NCBI GenBank assembly: GCA_040755095.1
Contig: JBFMBH010000006.1
Location: 1,290-65,289 of the forward strand
Length of the DNA stretch: 64,000 nt
Direction of reading: 5' to 3'
Origin: Thermodesulfobacteriota bacterium
GTDB taxonomy: Bacteria; Desulfobacterota; Desulfobulbia; Desulfobulbales; JBFMBH01
The notes beneath the pieces were generated by a model, which was given only the letters and a program-made list of their open reading frames with translations, did not search any database and had not been told where the DNA came from. Below are positions 10,069 through 19,636 of the stretch, piece by piece (the stretch's first letter is position 1; each line of letters starts with the position of its first letter). The translations under genes were made by a program, and so were the position numbers.

Positions 10069-11319
10069 TCAATCCGGCGCTGCCAGGGCTCCCCGGAACA
10101 GGGCCGCCAGCTGGCCAATGAGCTGCCGGTTGTCGAAGCCCTGGGCCACCCGCTGCCGGCCAGCGGCGATCACCTGCTGCCGGAGCCCGGGATCGGTGAG
10201 AAGCCGGGCCATGGCCGCTGCCATGGCGGCAGGATCGTCCGGGGGCACCAGCAGGCCGCTGGCGCCGTCCTCCACCAGCTCGGGGATGGCGGAAACGGTG
10301 GTGGCCACAACAGGCACCCCCATGGCCAGACTCTCGGCCAGGACGTTGGGGATGCCATCCCGGTCGCCGTTGGCGGCGATCCGGCAGCCCAGGACAAAGA
10401 GATGCGCCTGCGCCAACTGGGCCTGCACCACTTGGTGGGGCTGGGTGCCCAGCCAGGAGCAGATGCCGGCCAGGCCCAGCTGCCGGGCCAGGGTCTCCAG
10501 GGCCGACCGCTCCTCCCCGGCGCCGATGAGGGTGTGACGGACCGGCAGTCCCTGGTCGGCGAGGCGGCGCACCGCCCGCAGCACGGTGTCCAGTCCCTTC
10601 TTGGCGGTGAGGCGGGCCACGGTGAGGATCTGGAACGGTGCCGCCGGGGCGGCCGGTCCGGCGGCCGGGGCGCTGAACAAGGACAGATCGATGCCGTGGT
10701 AGATCCGGTGGATCGGGGTGCTGCCATAAGCCAAGCGGGCCAGGTACTGGCGGTTGTGCTCGGTGCAGGTGACGACAAAGGCGGCGGCGGCGATCTTTTC
10801 CGCCAGGGAGCTGGGCTCGCTGGTGTAGATATCCTTGGCGTGGGCGGTGAAGCTGAAGGGCAGGCCAGCAAGAAGGCTGGCGAAGCGGGCCACCGAGGTG
10901 GGGGAGTGGGCGAAATGGGCATGGAGATGGCCCACCCCGGAGCCAGGCAGGAGATGACCCACCAGATAGCCGGCCTGGAGGAGATGCTTGATCGTCGCCA
11001 GGGGCCGGCCGGCGGCCAGCCGGCGGCGGGCCAGGCCCAGGGCCTGGCGGTAGCGGCCCGGCTGCCGCCGGGCCAGGGCCAGGTTGTGAGCCAGGAGCCG
11101 CGGCAGGGGCCGCAGGAGGGTTTCCGGCAGATAGTCGACCCGGGCGCGGATCCGCTGGACGCTGGCGTGGCTGAAGCTCTCCCGGGGCTGGCGCATGGAG
11201 AAGATCCGGATGCGCAGCCCCAGCTCCGAAAGAAGCAGGATCTCGTTGGAGATGAAGGTCTCGGAGATGCGGGGATAGCCCTTCAGGATCATGCCCAGCA
11301 CCGGGCTTGGGGCGTCCAT
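10069..11319 (-). CDS. Glycosyltransferase family 4 protein
   Basis: MDAPSPVLGMILKGYPRISETFISNEILLL...HAHFAHSPTSVARFASLLAGLPFSFTAHAKDIY...NVLAESLAMGVPVVATTVSAIPELVEDG. Confidence 0.9.
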   Translation of the reverse strand: MDAPSPVLGMILKGYPRISETFISNEILLLSELGLRIRIFSMRQPRESFSHASVQRIRARVDYLPETLLRPLPRLLAHNLALARRQPGRYRQALGLARRRLAAGRPLATIKHLLQAGYLVGHLLPGSGVGHLHAHFAHSPTSVARFASLLAGLPFSFTAHAKDIYTSEPSSLAEKIAAAAFVVTCTEHNRQYLARLAYGSTPIHRIYHGIDLSLFSAPAAGPAAPAAPFQILTVARLTAKKGLDTVLRAVRRLADQGLPVRHTLIGAGEERSALETLARQLGLAGICSWLGTQPHQVVQAQLAQAHLFVLGCRIAANGDRDGIPNVLAESLAMGVPVVATTVSAIPELVEDGASGLLVPPDDPAAMAAAMARLLTDPGLRQQVIAAGRQRVAQGFDNRQLIGQLAALFRGALAAPD

Positions 11320-11330
11320 CAGGGCTCGAC

Positions 11331-12521
11331 TCAGGCGCGGAACAGGGCCAGGCGCTGGCGCATCACATCCAGACCGGTCAGGGGGAAGCGGGCCATGGCC
11401 TGGCGAAAGGGCTCGGGGTCGGCCAGGATACGGAGGATCTTCTCCTTCATGGTGGCCGGGGTGCACTCGCCCCAGGGGATGAAATCCACCAGCCCCTGCC
11501 GCTTGAGGGCCTGGGCGCGCAGAAGCTGCTCCCTGCGCGGCGTCTCCCGGGGGATGATGAGGGAAGGTTTGCCCTGGGTGAGGATCTCGCAGATGGTGTT
11601 GTAGCCGCCCATGGTGACCACAAGCTCGGCGGCGGCCAGCAGGCCCTCCATGTGGCGCACAAAGGGCAGGATGCGCACCCCGAGCCGGCGGGCCCGGACC
11701 GCCAGGTCCCGCCGCTCCTGCCTGGGCATGAAAGGCCCGGTGACCAGGAGGGAGGTAAAGGGCAGCCGGCCCGCCGCGGCCTCGACCATGGCCAGGAAGG
11801 TGTCCATGACCGCAAAGCCGTCACCGCCGCCGCCGGTGGTCACCACCACCAGCCGCTCGCCGTTGGCCACCCCCTGGTCCCTTTTCAGCCGTCGTACCGC
11901 GTCGTTCTCCGGGGTCTTCCGGGGGATGTAGCCGGTGAAGATCATCTTGCGGGCCACCGCCTCCGGGATCCCATACTCGACGATGGGGTCATAGAGCTCC
12001 CGGTTGCCGTAGACCCAGATCTCGCTGTAGAGATCCGCCAGGGCAGAGTAGACCTTCTTGTCCTCCCAGTCCTGGCGGACGGTGGCGGCGTCGTCCATGA
12101 TGTCCCGGAGGCCCAGGATGGTGCGGGCCTCGGGAAAGCAGCGCTTCAGCCAGTGCAGGGTGGGCAGCACCTCCCGCTTGAGGCCCAGGGGCTCCTTGTC
12201 GACGATGAACAGGTGGGGCCGGAAGGTGCGGGCGGTGGCGGTGATGATGCTCTTGCGGATGCTCAAGGCATGCTGGGGATGGATCTTGATGGACAGGGGT
12301 AGATACTCCTCGTTGGTCTTCTTGATCATGCCCGGGATGCGCACGAAATCGATCTGCTCCGGGAAGCTGAAGCGGCCAACGATGGGCGAGCCGGTGAGGA
12401 TAAGGATGTTGACCTCCGGCCCGATGAGCTGGGAGGCGATGGCCATGGTCCGCCGGATGTGTCCCAGGCCATACGTGTCATGGGAGTACATCAGGATGTC
12501 GTACGTGCCGTTACGGACCAT
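11331..12521 (-). CDS. Predicted glycosyltransferase (COG4671/MurG-like)
   Basis: MVRNGTYDILMYSHDTYGLGHIRRTMAIASQLIG...ELVVTMGGYNTICEILTQGKPSLIIPRETPRREQLLRAQALKRQGL. Good SD (AAGGAG) upstream of this start. Confidence 0.85.
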   Translation of the reverse strand: MVRNGTYDILMYSHDTYGLGHIRRTMAIASQLIGPEVNILILTGSPIVGRFSFPEQIDFVRIPGMIKKTNEEYLPLSIKIHPQHALSIRKSIITATARTFRPHLFIVDKEPLGLKREVLPTLHWLKRCFPEARTILGLRDIMDDAATVRQDWEDKKVYSALADLYSEIWVYGNRELYDPIVEYGIPEAVARKMIFTGYIPRKTPENDAVRRLKRDQGVANGERLVVVTTGGGGDGFAVMDTFLAMVEAAAGRLPFTSLLVTGPFMPRQERRDLAVRARRLGVRILPFVRHMEGLLAAAELVVTMGGYNTICEILTQGKPSLIIPRETPRREQLLRAQALKRQGLVDFIPWGECTPATMKEKILRILADPEPFRQAMARFPLTGLDVMRQRLALFRA

Positions 12522-12614
12522 CGAGAGCTCCTTGATGAAAGGAGAACAAGCTGGCTGGCACTGCTGGCGGCCCCTCGGCCAGGGCAGAACCATAGCATAC
12601 CGCACCGGCGGGTG

Positions 12615-13220
12615 TCACCGGGGAAACCGGGGATTCCCGGCAGAATCGATCTCCGGCCGGAACGGGGGCAAGCTCACTCCCCGGTCGCTGAGCCGGAAGC
12701 GGGGCCGGTTGAGGCGAGCAGCGATGGCCTCGGCATCGTCCGGCCCCCGCTCACCGATCTTGCGGGCCGGCACCCCGGCCCAGATCTCGTAAGGGCCGGG
12801 ATTCCTGGTCAGCACCGAGCCGGCGCCCAGCACCACCCCGTCCGGGATCTCGCTCACCTGGTAGAGAACCAGGGCGCCGTCATGGATCCAGACATCGGCG
12901 CCGATGTACTTGTCCTGCCACAGGAGGCCGTGCTCGGCTTCGGTCCGGGCCAGGGGCTTGCGGCCGAGATGGAGATGATCATGGGTGTAGATCCGGCAGC
13001 GGTGGCCAATGTTGCACCAGGGCCCAAGATGGATGGAGCCGGTGCAGTCCAGGAGGGCAAAGCGGCTGAGGATGATGTTGGTCTCAAGACCGGGCGTGGC
13101 AAAGACCGCCGGGTCCAGATAGAGGTCCCCTTTGCGGAATTTCTTGTGGGGAAAGCGCCGGGCCGCCGCCACCGCCACCGCCAACTGCTCCCGGGTCAGG
13201 GTCTCCAGAGGATACGGCAT
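12615..13220 (-). CDS. Left-handed beta-helix (hexapeptide) acyltransferase
   Basis: GPWCNIGHRCRIYTHDHLHLG...YIGADVWIHDGALVLYQVSEIPDGVVLGAGSVLTRNPGPYEIWAGVPARKIGER. Confidence 0.85.
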   Translation of the reverse strand: MPYPLETLTREQLAVAVAAARRFPHKKFRKGDLYLDPAVFATPGLETNIILSRFALLDCTGSIHLGPWCNIGHRCRIYTHDHLHLGRKPLARTEAEHGLLWQDKYIGADVWIHDGALVLYQVSEIPDGVVLGAGSVLTRNPGPYEIWAGVPARKIGERGPDDAEAIAARLNRPRFRLSDRGVSLPPFRPEIDSAGNPRFPR

Positions 13221-13343
13221 GGGCTCAATCTCCTTGACGATGGACACGGCGGATCGCATACTGCCGGGGAGCACGTTGCCGCCGCCGACTTGGCCGACGA
13301 TGCCACGACCTGCACCCCGAGCGCAACCCCAGAAAAGAAAAAA

Positions 13344-13373
13344 GGGGCCGTAACCCCTTCGGATTACGGCCCC
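13344..13373 (-). terminator. Rho-independent terminator downstream of tRNA-Ala(CGC)
   Basis: Inverted repeat GGGGCCGTAA / TTACGGCCCC with an A-tract at 13336-13343, which is a U-tract on the minus strand. Confidence 0.8.
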
Positions 13374-13383
13374 AATGCGATTC

Positions 13384-13459
13384 TGGTGGAGATGAGGGGA
13401 TTCGAACCCCTGACTTCCACGATGCGAACGTGGCGCTCTCCCAGCTGAGCTACATCCCC
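13384..13459 (-). tRNA. tRNA-Ala (anticodon CGC)
   Basis: Reverse complement folds as GGGGATG...CATCTCC acceptor, D-arm GCTC/GAGC, anticodon stem CCACG-TTCGCAT-CGTGG, T-arm CAGGGGTTCGAATCCCCTG, encoded ACCA; G3:U70 alanine identity pair present. Confidence 0.96.
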
Positions 13460-13593
13460 CGCAATGCCGCTTGGCGCGGGCACCTCCGGCCCGCCGGTGG
13501 GGCTTCTATACCACGAACCCTCCGGCCTGACAAGGATCCAGTTCCCCGCACCGCTGGCGGTCCGCCGCTGCCAGCGAGCTTGCCACCCCGCCT

Positions 13594-14190
13594 ATGGATA
13601 CTCTTCAGCCCAGTCGCTCCGCCCAGCGCCGCTGGGCCAGGTCCATCCTCGATCTGGCGGAGGCCCTGCTCGCCCTGCCGGCCGCCGCCCTCCGCGACCT
13701 GCCGGCGGCGGCGGAGCTCAAGGCCCTGGTCGCCGCCGGCCAGGCCATGAAGCCGGGGGCGGCCCGTCGCCGCCAAGCCAAGACCGTCGCCAGCCTCCTG
13801 CGGGCCAGTGACGATCTGGAGGGGATCGCTCTCTGGCAGGCCCAGCGCCAGGGCCATCGCCGGGAAGCCGCCCTGGCCTTCCAGGAGCTGGAGCGGCAGC
13901 GGAATGCCATCCTGGCCGAGGCGTACGGCATCGCCCGCCACCAGACCCCGGAGCGCGGGGCACCAGCCCCGGCCCTGGCCTCGGTGCAGGAGCTGGCCAG
14001 CCAGTTGCCGTCCCTGGATGCCCGGGCCGTGGAACAGGCGGCTTGGCGCCACGCCCGTACCGGTCATCCTTCCGCCCGCCGGCAGGTGCTCCAGCTCTTG
14101 CGTGCCGCCCACGAACGGCTGCGCCTGGCAGCGGCTGCGGGCGCGGGCGAAGAGCCTCCCGGCTGTGCCGGCGGCACCCCGGCTGCCTGA
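13594..14190 (+). CDS. darP: DarP/YjgA-like ribosome-associated protein
   Basis: SRSAQRRWARSILDLAEALLALPAAALRDLPAAAELKALVAAGQAMKPGAARRRQAKTVASLLR resembles E. coli YjgA/DarP core. Confidence 0.75.
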   Translation: MDTLQPSRSAQRRWARSILDLAEALLALPAAALRDLPAAAELKALVAAGQAMKPGAARRRQAKTVASLLRASDDLEGIALWQAQRQGHRREAALAFQELERQRNAILAEAYGIARHQTPERGAPAPALASVQELASQLPSLDARAVEQAAWRHARTGHPSARRQVLQLLRAAHERLRLAAAAGAGEEPPGCAGGTPAA

Positions 14191-14220
14191 GCCAGCAGCC
14201 GGCAGCGATCAGTGCCAGCC

Positions 14221-15948
14221 TCAGGCCGCGGGCAGGGCCGGCCGCCCCCCATGCACCTTGAGATAGACCTCACACCTCTGGCAGTTGCTGATCTTGTCGT
14301 GGAAGGAGCCCTGCTCCTTGCCCCCGCACAGAGTGCCGGTGACCATCCAGCAGCTGTCGCCGTGACGGGGGTACGCCGGGCAGCCGTCCCGGCGCTCGGG
14401 CGGGCAGTTCTTGATGCTCCAGCACTGCACGGCACCAGCCGTGTCGGCGCCACGGGGTGGCACGCGGGGAGCGGCCGCCCCCACCTCCTGCTCGCGACCC
14501 GCACCGGCTGACCCGCCGACCAGGGCCACCAGCTCCTGCACCACCTCGTGGATCCCCAGGGCCTGGGAATTGAGCTCCGCGGCGACGCTGGCCGACTCTT
14601 CACCCGAGGCCGCCAGGCGCTGGGTGGCGGTGTCGATGTGGGCGATCGCCTCGTTGACCTGCTGGATGCCCTGGGCCTGCTCGTTGGTGGCCAAGCTGAT
14701 CTCACCCACCAGGGCCGCCACCCGGCCGGCCCGATCCACCAGCTCGTCGATGGCCTCGCCGGTGGCTGTCACCAGGACCCGGCCGTCCGCCACCTTCTGG
14801 GAGGTCCCGGAGATGAGGTCAGCGGTGCTTCTGGCCGCCTCCGCAGCCCGCATCGCCAGGTTGCGCACCTCGTCCGCCACCACCGCGAAGCCCGCGCCGG
14901 CCTCCCCGGCCCGGGCAGCCTCCACCGCGGCGTTGAGGGCCAGGAGGTTGGTCTGGAAGGCGATCTCGTCGATGGTCTTGACAATTTTGGAGGTCTCATC
15001 GCTGGCCTTGGAGATCTCGGCCATGGACTGGGTGAGGTCCTGCATGGAGGAGGCCGCCTTGTCCATGGCCTGACCGGCGTCCCGCATGAGGGCGTGAGCC
15101 TGGGTGGCGTTGTCCGCGTTCTGCCGCACCATGGAGGACATCTCCTCCAGGGCCGCCGAGGTCTGCTCCAGGGCCGCCGCCTGCTCCACCGCAGCCTCGG
15201 CCAGGCTGTGGCTGGTGCCGGATAGTTGGCCGGCGGTGGTGGCCAGCTGGCCGGAATTGCCGGTGAGATCGGCGACCGCCCGCCGCACCGGCCGGACGAT
15301 TCCTCGGCCCAGAACAAGGGCCAAGGCGATGCCAGCCACCAGGCTGGCCAGGCCGGTCGCCGAGACCCCCAGGCGGGCCGCATCGCTCGCCGACAAGGCC
15401 AGCTGCGCCTTCTCCGTAGAAACGGCGGCATTGGCCTCCTTCAGCCGGCCCATCCGGGCGGCGAAGGCCACACCCGCCTCCTCCAGACGGTCCGCCTGGC
15501 TGGCCACCACCTGGGCGTTGCCCTGGCGCACCAATGGCCAAAGGGCCTGGGCGGCCTGGTTGAAGGCATCGCGCTCTTTGGCCGCCTCGGCGAGCATCAG
15601 CGGCCAGCCCGCGGCCACCAAGTCGGGATCAGACTGCACCGCCGCAGCGATCTCACCCAGCAGCCGGTCCACCTCCTGCCCCAGCTGGGCAAAGGTCTCC
15701 GGATAGCGCTCCTCCCGGTGGACGACGAAGAGCAGGGCCGTCGCCTCCTGGGCCTTCATCTGGGTGGTGAGATTCCCCACCGCCAGGCTGACGGGCAGGT
15801 GCACGGCGCTCATGTCCTGCACCTCGATGGCCACATTCCGGGAGGCCCACCAGGCGATCCCCCCCACCAGGACAGAAAGAAGAATCATCAAGCCAAAACC
15901 GGCGCTCAACCGCCTGCCCACCGTCCACTGCCTCATCGCCATCTCCAT
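14221..15948 (-). CDS. Methyl-accepting chemotaxis protein with C-terminal Cys-rich tail
   Basis: TM segments, HAMP-like [15 protein letters not shown], signalling hairpin [43 protein letters not shown], Cys-rich C-terminus. Confidence 0.93.
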   Translation of the reverse strand: MEMAMRQWTVGRRLSAGFGLMILLSVLVGGIAWWASRNVAIEVQDMSAVHLPVSLAVGNLTTQMKAQEATALLFVVHREERYPETFAQLGQEVDRLLGEIAAAVQSDPDLVAAGWPLMLAEAAKERDAFNQAAQALWPLVRQGNAQVVASQADRLEEAGVAFAARMGRLKEANAAVSTEKAQLALSASDAARLGVSATGLASLVAGIALALVLGRGIVRPVRRAVADLTGNSGQLATTAGQLSGTSHSLAEAAVEQAAALEQTSAALEEMSSMVRQNADNATQAHALMRDAGQAMDKAASSMQDLTQSMAEISKASDETSKIVKTIDEIAFQTNLLALNAAVEAARAGEAGAGFAVVADEVRNLAMRAAEAARSTADLISGTSQKVADGRVLVTATGEAIDELVDRAGRVAALVGEISLATNEQAQGIQQVNEAIAHIDTATQRLAASGEESASVAAELNSQALGIHEVVQELVALVGGSAGAGREQEVGAAAPRVPPRGADTAGAVQCWSIKNCPPERRDGCPAYPRHGDSCWMVTGTLCGGKEQGSFHDKISNCQRCEVYLKVHGGRPALPAA

Positions 15949-16250
15949 GGTTCGGTTGCATGTGACAGGGCACCACGCGCGACGCCCTGGCCTCCAGGCC
16001 CTTCCTGACGGCCCATCGCCTCAGTGTAGGGAAACCGTCCTCGTCCGTCAAGGGAGCTATCAGGGCAGCGGCGGAGAATCCAGGCTGATTCCTCAAGTGA
16101 TCATGAGCAGTTACTGCTGGGAGGGCCATCCGGACCGCGCCGGTGCTCAGCGCGAATAGCGGGGCAGGCAGCCCGACCCGAGGGGCGTCCCCAGCGGCCT
16201 CCGAGCGAGAACTTTTTGTCCCATACTCCGGCAAGCCGCGCCCTTGACTG

Positions 16251-16278
16251 TTGTCAAACCGGGTCGGCTGTGTTAAAG
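16251..16278 (+). promoter_or_regulatory. Candidate sigma70 promoter for tRNA-Cys
   Basis: TTGTCA-N16-TTAAAG located about 40 bp upstream of the tRNA; overlaps a small inverted repeat TTGAC-TGTT-GTCAA. Confidence 0.4.
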
Positions 16279-16319
16279 AAGGGGTCTTTCCGGTCCCGCT
16301 TCGGGTGGCCGGATCGTCC

Positions 16320-16395
16320 GGCGGCGTAGCCAAGTGGCCAAGGCAGCGGTCTGCAAAACCGTTATTCGGCGGTTCAAATCCGCCCGCCGCCTCCA
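16320..16395 (+). tRNA. tRNA-Cys (anticodon GCA)
   Basis: GGCGGCG...CGCCGCC acceptor, anticodon arm GCGGT-CTGCAAA-ACCGT, T-arm GGCGGTTCAAATCCGCC, encoded CCA. Confidence 0.95.
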
Positions 16396-16402
16396 GATAC
16401 GC

Positions 16403-16438
16403 AAAAGGGGCTGAACGGCGATCCGTTCAGCCCCTTTT
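16403..16438. terminator. Strong bidirectional Rho-independent terminator
   Basis: Perfect 16-bp inverted repeat AAAAGGGGCTGAACGG-CGAT-CCGTTCAGCCCCTTTT immediately after tRNA-Cys. Confidence 0.93.
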
Positions 16439-16614
16439 TGCTGTCCCTCTTCCCCGCCCGCCCCCCACGCCAATCTCGCAAAGGGGCCTCACCCCCAGGA
16501 AAAACTCTGCAGGGGCTGCCCGTCGCGCCGCGACAGGCCAGCCCCTGTGTGCCTCCCCGACCGCGCCCGACCGAGCGGGCGCCCCCCCTTCTGCCCGGCC
16601 GCCGGTATTCCGGC

Positions 16615-18036
16615 CTACAGCATGCCCTTCATGGCGGTGGCCGCCATGTCCACCAGACGCTGGGGCAGGAGGCCCATGACGACGATGAGCGCCATGAGGC
16701 CGTAGGACAGCACCCGGGTCAGCCCATCCACCGCCACCGCCGGCCGGTCATTGGCGTCCTTGGTGTAGGACACCCGGACCACGGACAGGTAGTAGTAGAT
16801 GGAGATGGCGGTGTTGATGGCCGCGCAGACAACCAGCCACAGATAGCCCTCCTGCAAGGCGTTATAGAGGAGCATGAACTTGCCCATGAAGCCGACGAAG
16901 GGCGGGATACCCGCCAGGGCAAACATGCCCACCGCCAGGGTCAAGGCCAGGATCGGCGAACGCTGGTGCAGGCCCTCCAGATCCTCGATGGCCACGTTCT
17001 CGCCGTCCCGCGACACCTGGCAGATCACCAGGAAGCAGGCCAGGTTCATGATCAGGTAGCCGGCGATGTAGTAGATCGCGGCGCCGTAACCGGCCTCCCG
17101 CAGGGTGAGAATGCCGATCAGGACGTAGCCGGCATGCGCCACCGAGGAGAAGCCCAGCATCCTCTTGATGTCCTTTTGCACCAGGGCGATGAGATTGCCG
17201 TAGAACATCGACGCCACAGACAGGATCATGAGCATCTCGGTCAGTGCCCGGGCGTCGGGACCGGCCAAGGTGACCAGGCGGATGAGGAGGGCCACAGCGC
17301 CGAGCTTGGGCGCCGTGGCGCAGTAGGCCGCGGTCTCGTTGGAGGCGCCCTGGTAAACGTCCGGCACCCAGAACTGGAAGGGGAAGACAGCGAGCTTGAA
17401 GAAGAAGCCGCACAGGAGCATCCCCATGCCCACCACCGCCACCGGCTGGCCCATGAGGCTGCCCAGCTTGGGCATGATACCCGCCAGGTAGGTGGTCCCG
17501 GTGATGCCGAAGATGTAGCTCATGCCAAACAGCATCACGCCAGTAGCCACCGCACCAAAGAGGATGTATTTGACGCCCGCCTCCATCTGGGCGTGCAGGC
17601 CGGGGCGGTCGTCGCGCATCGGCACCAGCACGTACAGGGAATAGGACGAGACCTCCAGGGCGATGAAGATGGTCAACAGCTCCACCGAAGAGACCAGCAT
17701 CATCAGGCCCAGGGCGGACAGCACCATGAACATGTAGAACTCGGCGTGCACCTCCGGCCGCACCCCCTTGAGGCCCCGGCCGAAGATGATCACGGCTGCC
17801 AGGCCGATGGCCACCGCCAGCTTGAAGCCCTGGGAGAAGAGATCCACCCGGTAGGCGTCAAAAAAGAGGCTGCCTTCGAAGGAAAGACACGCCGCCACCG
17901 CCCCCACCCCCAGCACTGATCCGGCCAGGGCCAGGTTGCGGGCGGCCGCCGCCGCCGACCGGCCCAGGGAGACCAGAAAGAGGAGCAGGCAGAAGCCGAG
18001 ATAGTACAGTTCCGGGGCAAAGAGGATGGCCTTCAT
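16615..18036 (-). CDS. nuoN: NADH-quinone oxidoreductase subunit N
   Basis: FSSVAHAGYVLIGILTLREAGYGAAIYYIAGYLIMNLACFLVI...GIPPFVGFMGKFMLLYNAL; last gene of the complex I cluster. Confidence 0.93.
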   Translation of the reverse strand: MKAILFAPELYYLGFCLLLFLVSLGRSAAAAARNLALAGSVLGVGAVAACLSFEGSLFFDAYRVDLFSQGFKLAVAIGLAAVIIFGRGLKGVRPEVHAEFYMFMVLSALGLMMLVSSVELLTIFIALEVSSYSLYVLVPMRDDRPGLHAQMEAGVKYILFGAVATGVMLFGMSYIFGITGTTYLAGIMPKLGSLMGQPVAVVGMGMLLCGFFFKLAVFPFQFWVPDVYQGASNETAAYCATAPKLGAVALLIRLVTLAGPDARALTEMLMILSVASMFYGNLIALVQKDIKRMLGFSSVAHAGYVLIGILTLREAGYGAAIYYIAGYLIMNLACFLVICQVSRDGENVAIEDLEGLHQRSPILALTLAVGMFALAGIPPFVGFMGKFMLLYNALQEGYLWLVVCAAINTAISIYYYLSVVRVSYTKDANDRPAVAVDGLTRVLSYGLMALIVVMGLLPQRLVDMAATAMKGML

Positions 18037-18087
18037 CGTGGGTCCTTGTCGTAGGCGTCTTGTTCGTCAGCCGGGCGTGATCGTCAT

Positions 18088-19614
18088 TCAGGGAATGGGC
18101 ACGCTCATCGCCACCTGGGAAAACTGCCCGGCCTGGACCTGGGCCACCAGGTGCTCGACGCTGGCGTGCATGACATTCATGAACGGCTCCGGAGAAAGCC
18201 CGATCCAGAGCATGAACACCAGGAGGGGGGCCAGGGTGACCATCTCCCGGAGGTTGAGGTCACGCAGGTGCTCCTCGTGGGGATGATCGCTCTCCGCACC
18301 CCAGACCACTTTCTGCAGAAGGCGCAGCATGTAGGCGGCCGCCAGCACGGCGCCCGGGATGGAGCAGGCGGCGATCAGCTTGTGGCTGGAGAACGCGCCG
18401 GCCAAAACCAGAAACTCGCCAACAAAGGAGTTGGTGCCTGGAAAGGCCAGGGAAGAAAGGGAGAAGAAGCCCAGGAACAGCACATAGACCGGCATCAACC
18501 GGCCGATAGCTGCAGCGGAGGACAGCTCCCGGGAATGGGTGCGCTCGTAGATCATGCCGACCAGGATAAAGAGAGCGCCGGTGGTGATGCCGTGATTGAT
18601 CATCTGGAGGATGGCGCCCTCGATCCCATTCTTGTTGAGGACAAAAATGCCCAGGGTGACAAAACCCATGTGCCCCACCGAAGAATAGGCGATCAGCTTC
18701 TTCATGTCGCTCTGGCCCAGAGCGGTAAGCCCGCCGTAGATGATGGCGATCACCGACAGCCAGAGGATGTACGGCATGAACAGGACAGCAGCCTCCGGCG
18801 TGATGGGCAGGCAGAAGCGGACAAAGCCGTACGTGCCCATCTTCAGCAGCACCGAGGCCAGAAGCACGGAGCCGGCGGTCGGCGCCTCCACGTGGGCGGC
18901 CGGCAGCCAGGTATGGAACGGGAACATCGGCACCTTGATGGCGAAGGCGAGGAAGAAGGCCAGGAACACCCAGAGCTGGAAGATCGGCGAGTAGCCCTTG
19001 CCCATCATCATCGGGATGGAGAAAGTGCCGGCCTCGAAGTAGAGGGCGATGATCGCCACCAGCATCAGCACCGATCCGGCCAGGGTGTACAAGAAGAACT
19101 TGACCGAGGCGTAGACCTTGCGGGGCCCGCCCCAGACCGCGATCAGGAGGTACATGGGGATGAGCATCGCTTCCCAGAGGATGTAGAAGAGTACGAAATC
19201 CAGGGCAGCGAATACCCCCACCATGGAGGTCTCCATGATGAGAAGGCAGATCATGAAATGCCGGATGCGGCGGGTGATGTAGCGCCAGGAGCAGAGCACG
19301 CACAGCGGCATGAGCAGGGTGGTCAGCAGGATGAGCAGCAGGCTGATCCCGTCCACCCCCAGGGTGTAGTTTACGTCCAGGGCCCGGATCCAGGGCAGAT
19401 GCTCGCCGAACTGGTACTGGGCGGTCCCGGTCTGGAAGTTGAAATAGAGCGGCAGGGAAAGGGCCGCGTTGGCGGCAGTCACCGCCAAGGTCCAATACTT
19501 GGAGCCCTCTTCGGAGCGGAGGACCAGAAGCACCGCCGCCCCCGCCAGGGGCAGGAAGATGAGCACCGACAGGATCGGCCAGCCCAGATGGTTCAGGATC
19601 AGAAAATCTTCCAT
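18088..19614 (-). CDS. nuoM: NADH-quinone oxidoreductase subunit M
   Basis: LGVDGISLLLILLTTLLMPLCVLCSW, FFLAFAIKVPMFPFHTWLPAAHVEAPTAGSVLLASVLLKMGTYG. Confidence 0.94.
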   Translation of the reverse strand: MEDFLILNHLGWPILSVLIFLPLAGAAVLLVLRSEEGSKYWTLAVTAANAALSLPLYFNFQTGTAQYQFGEHLPWIRALDVNYTLGVDGISLLLILLTTLLMPLCVLCSWRYITRRIRHFMICLLIMETSMVGVFAALDFVLFYILWEAMLIPMYLLIAVWGGPRKVYASVKFFLYTLAGSVLMLVAIIALYFEAGTFSIPMMMGKGYSPIFQLWVFLAFFLAFAIKVPMFPFHTWLPAAHVEAPTAGSVLLASVLLKMGTYGFVRFCLPITPEAAVLFMPYILWLSVIAIIYGGLTALGQSDMKKLIAYSSVGHMGFVTLGIFVLNKNGIEGAILQMINHGITTGALFILVGMIYERTHSRELSSAAAIGRLMPVYVLFLGFFSLSSLAFPGTNSFVGEFLVLAGAFSSHKLIAACSIPGAVLAAAYMLRLLQKVVWGAESDHPHEEHLRDLNLREMVTLAPLLVFMLWIGLSPEPFMNVMHASVEHLVAQVQAGQFSQVAMSVPIP

Positions 19615-19636
19615 GGCTTACCCCGGGAGAACGCTG

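Noticed and set aside
6273-13220. Glycan cluster as a capsule or O-antigen locus
   Set aside because: No Wzx/Wzy/Wzz, initiating transferase or ABC-2 exporter visible, so a specific capsule or O-antigen label is not supported.
16320-16395. tRNA-Cys as an integration site for a mobile element
   Set aside because: No integrase, no repeated tRNA 3' end and an intact terminator right after it; downstream is housekeeping nuo.
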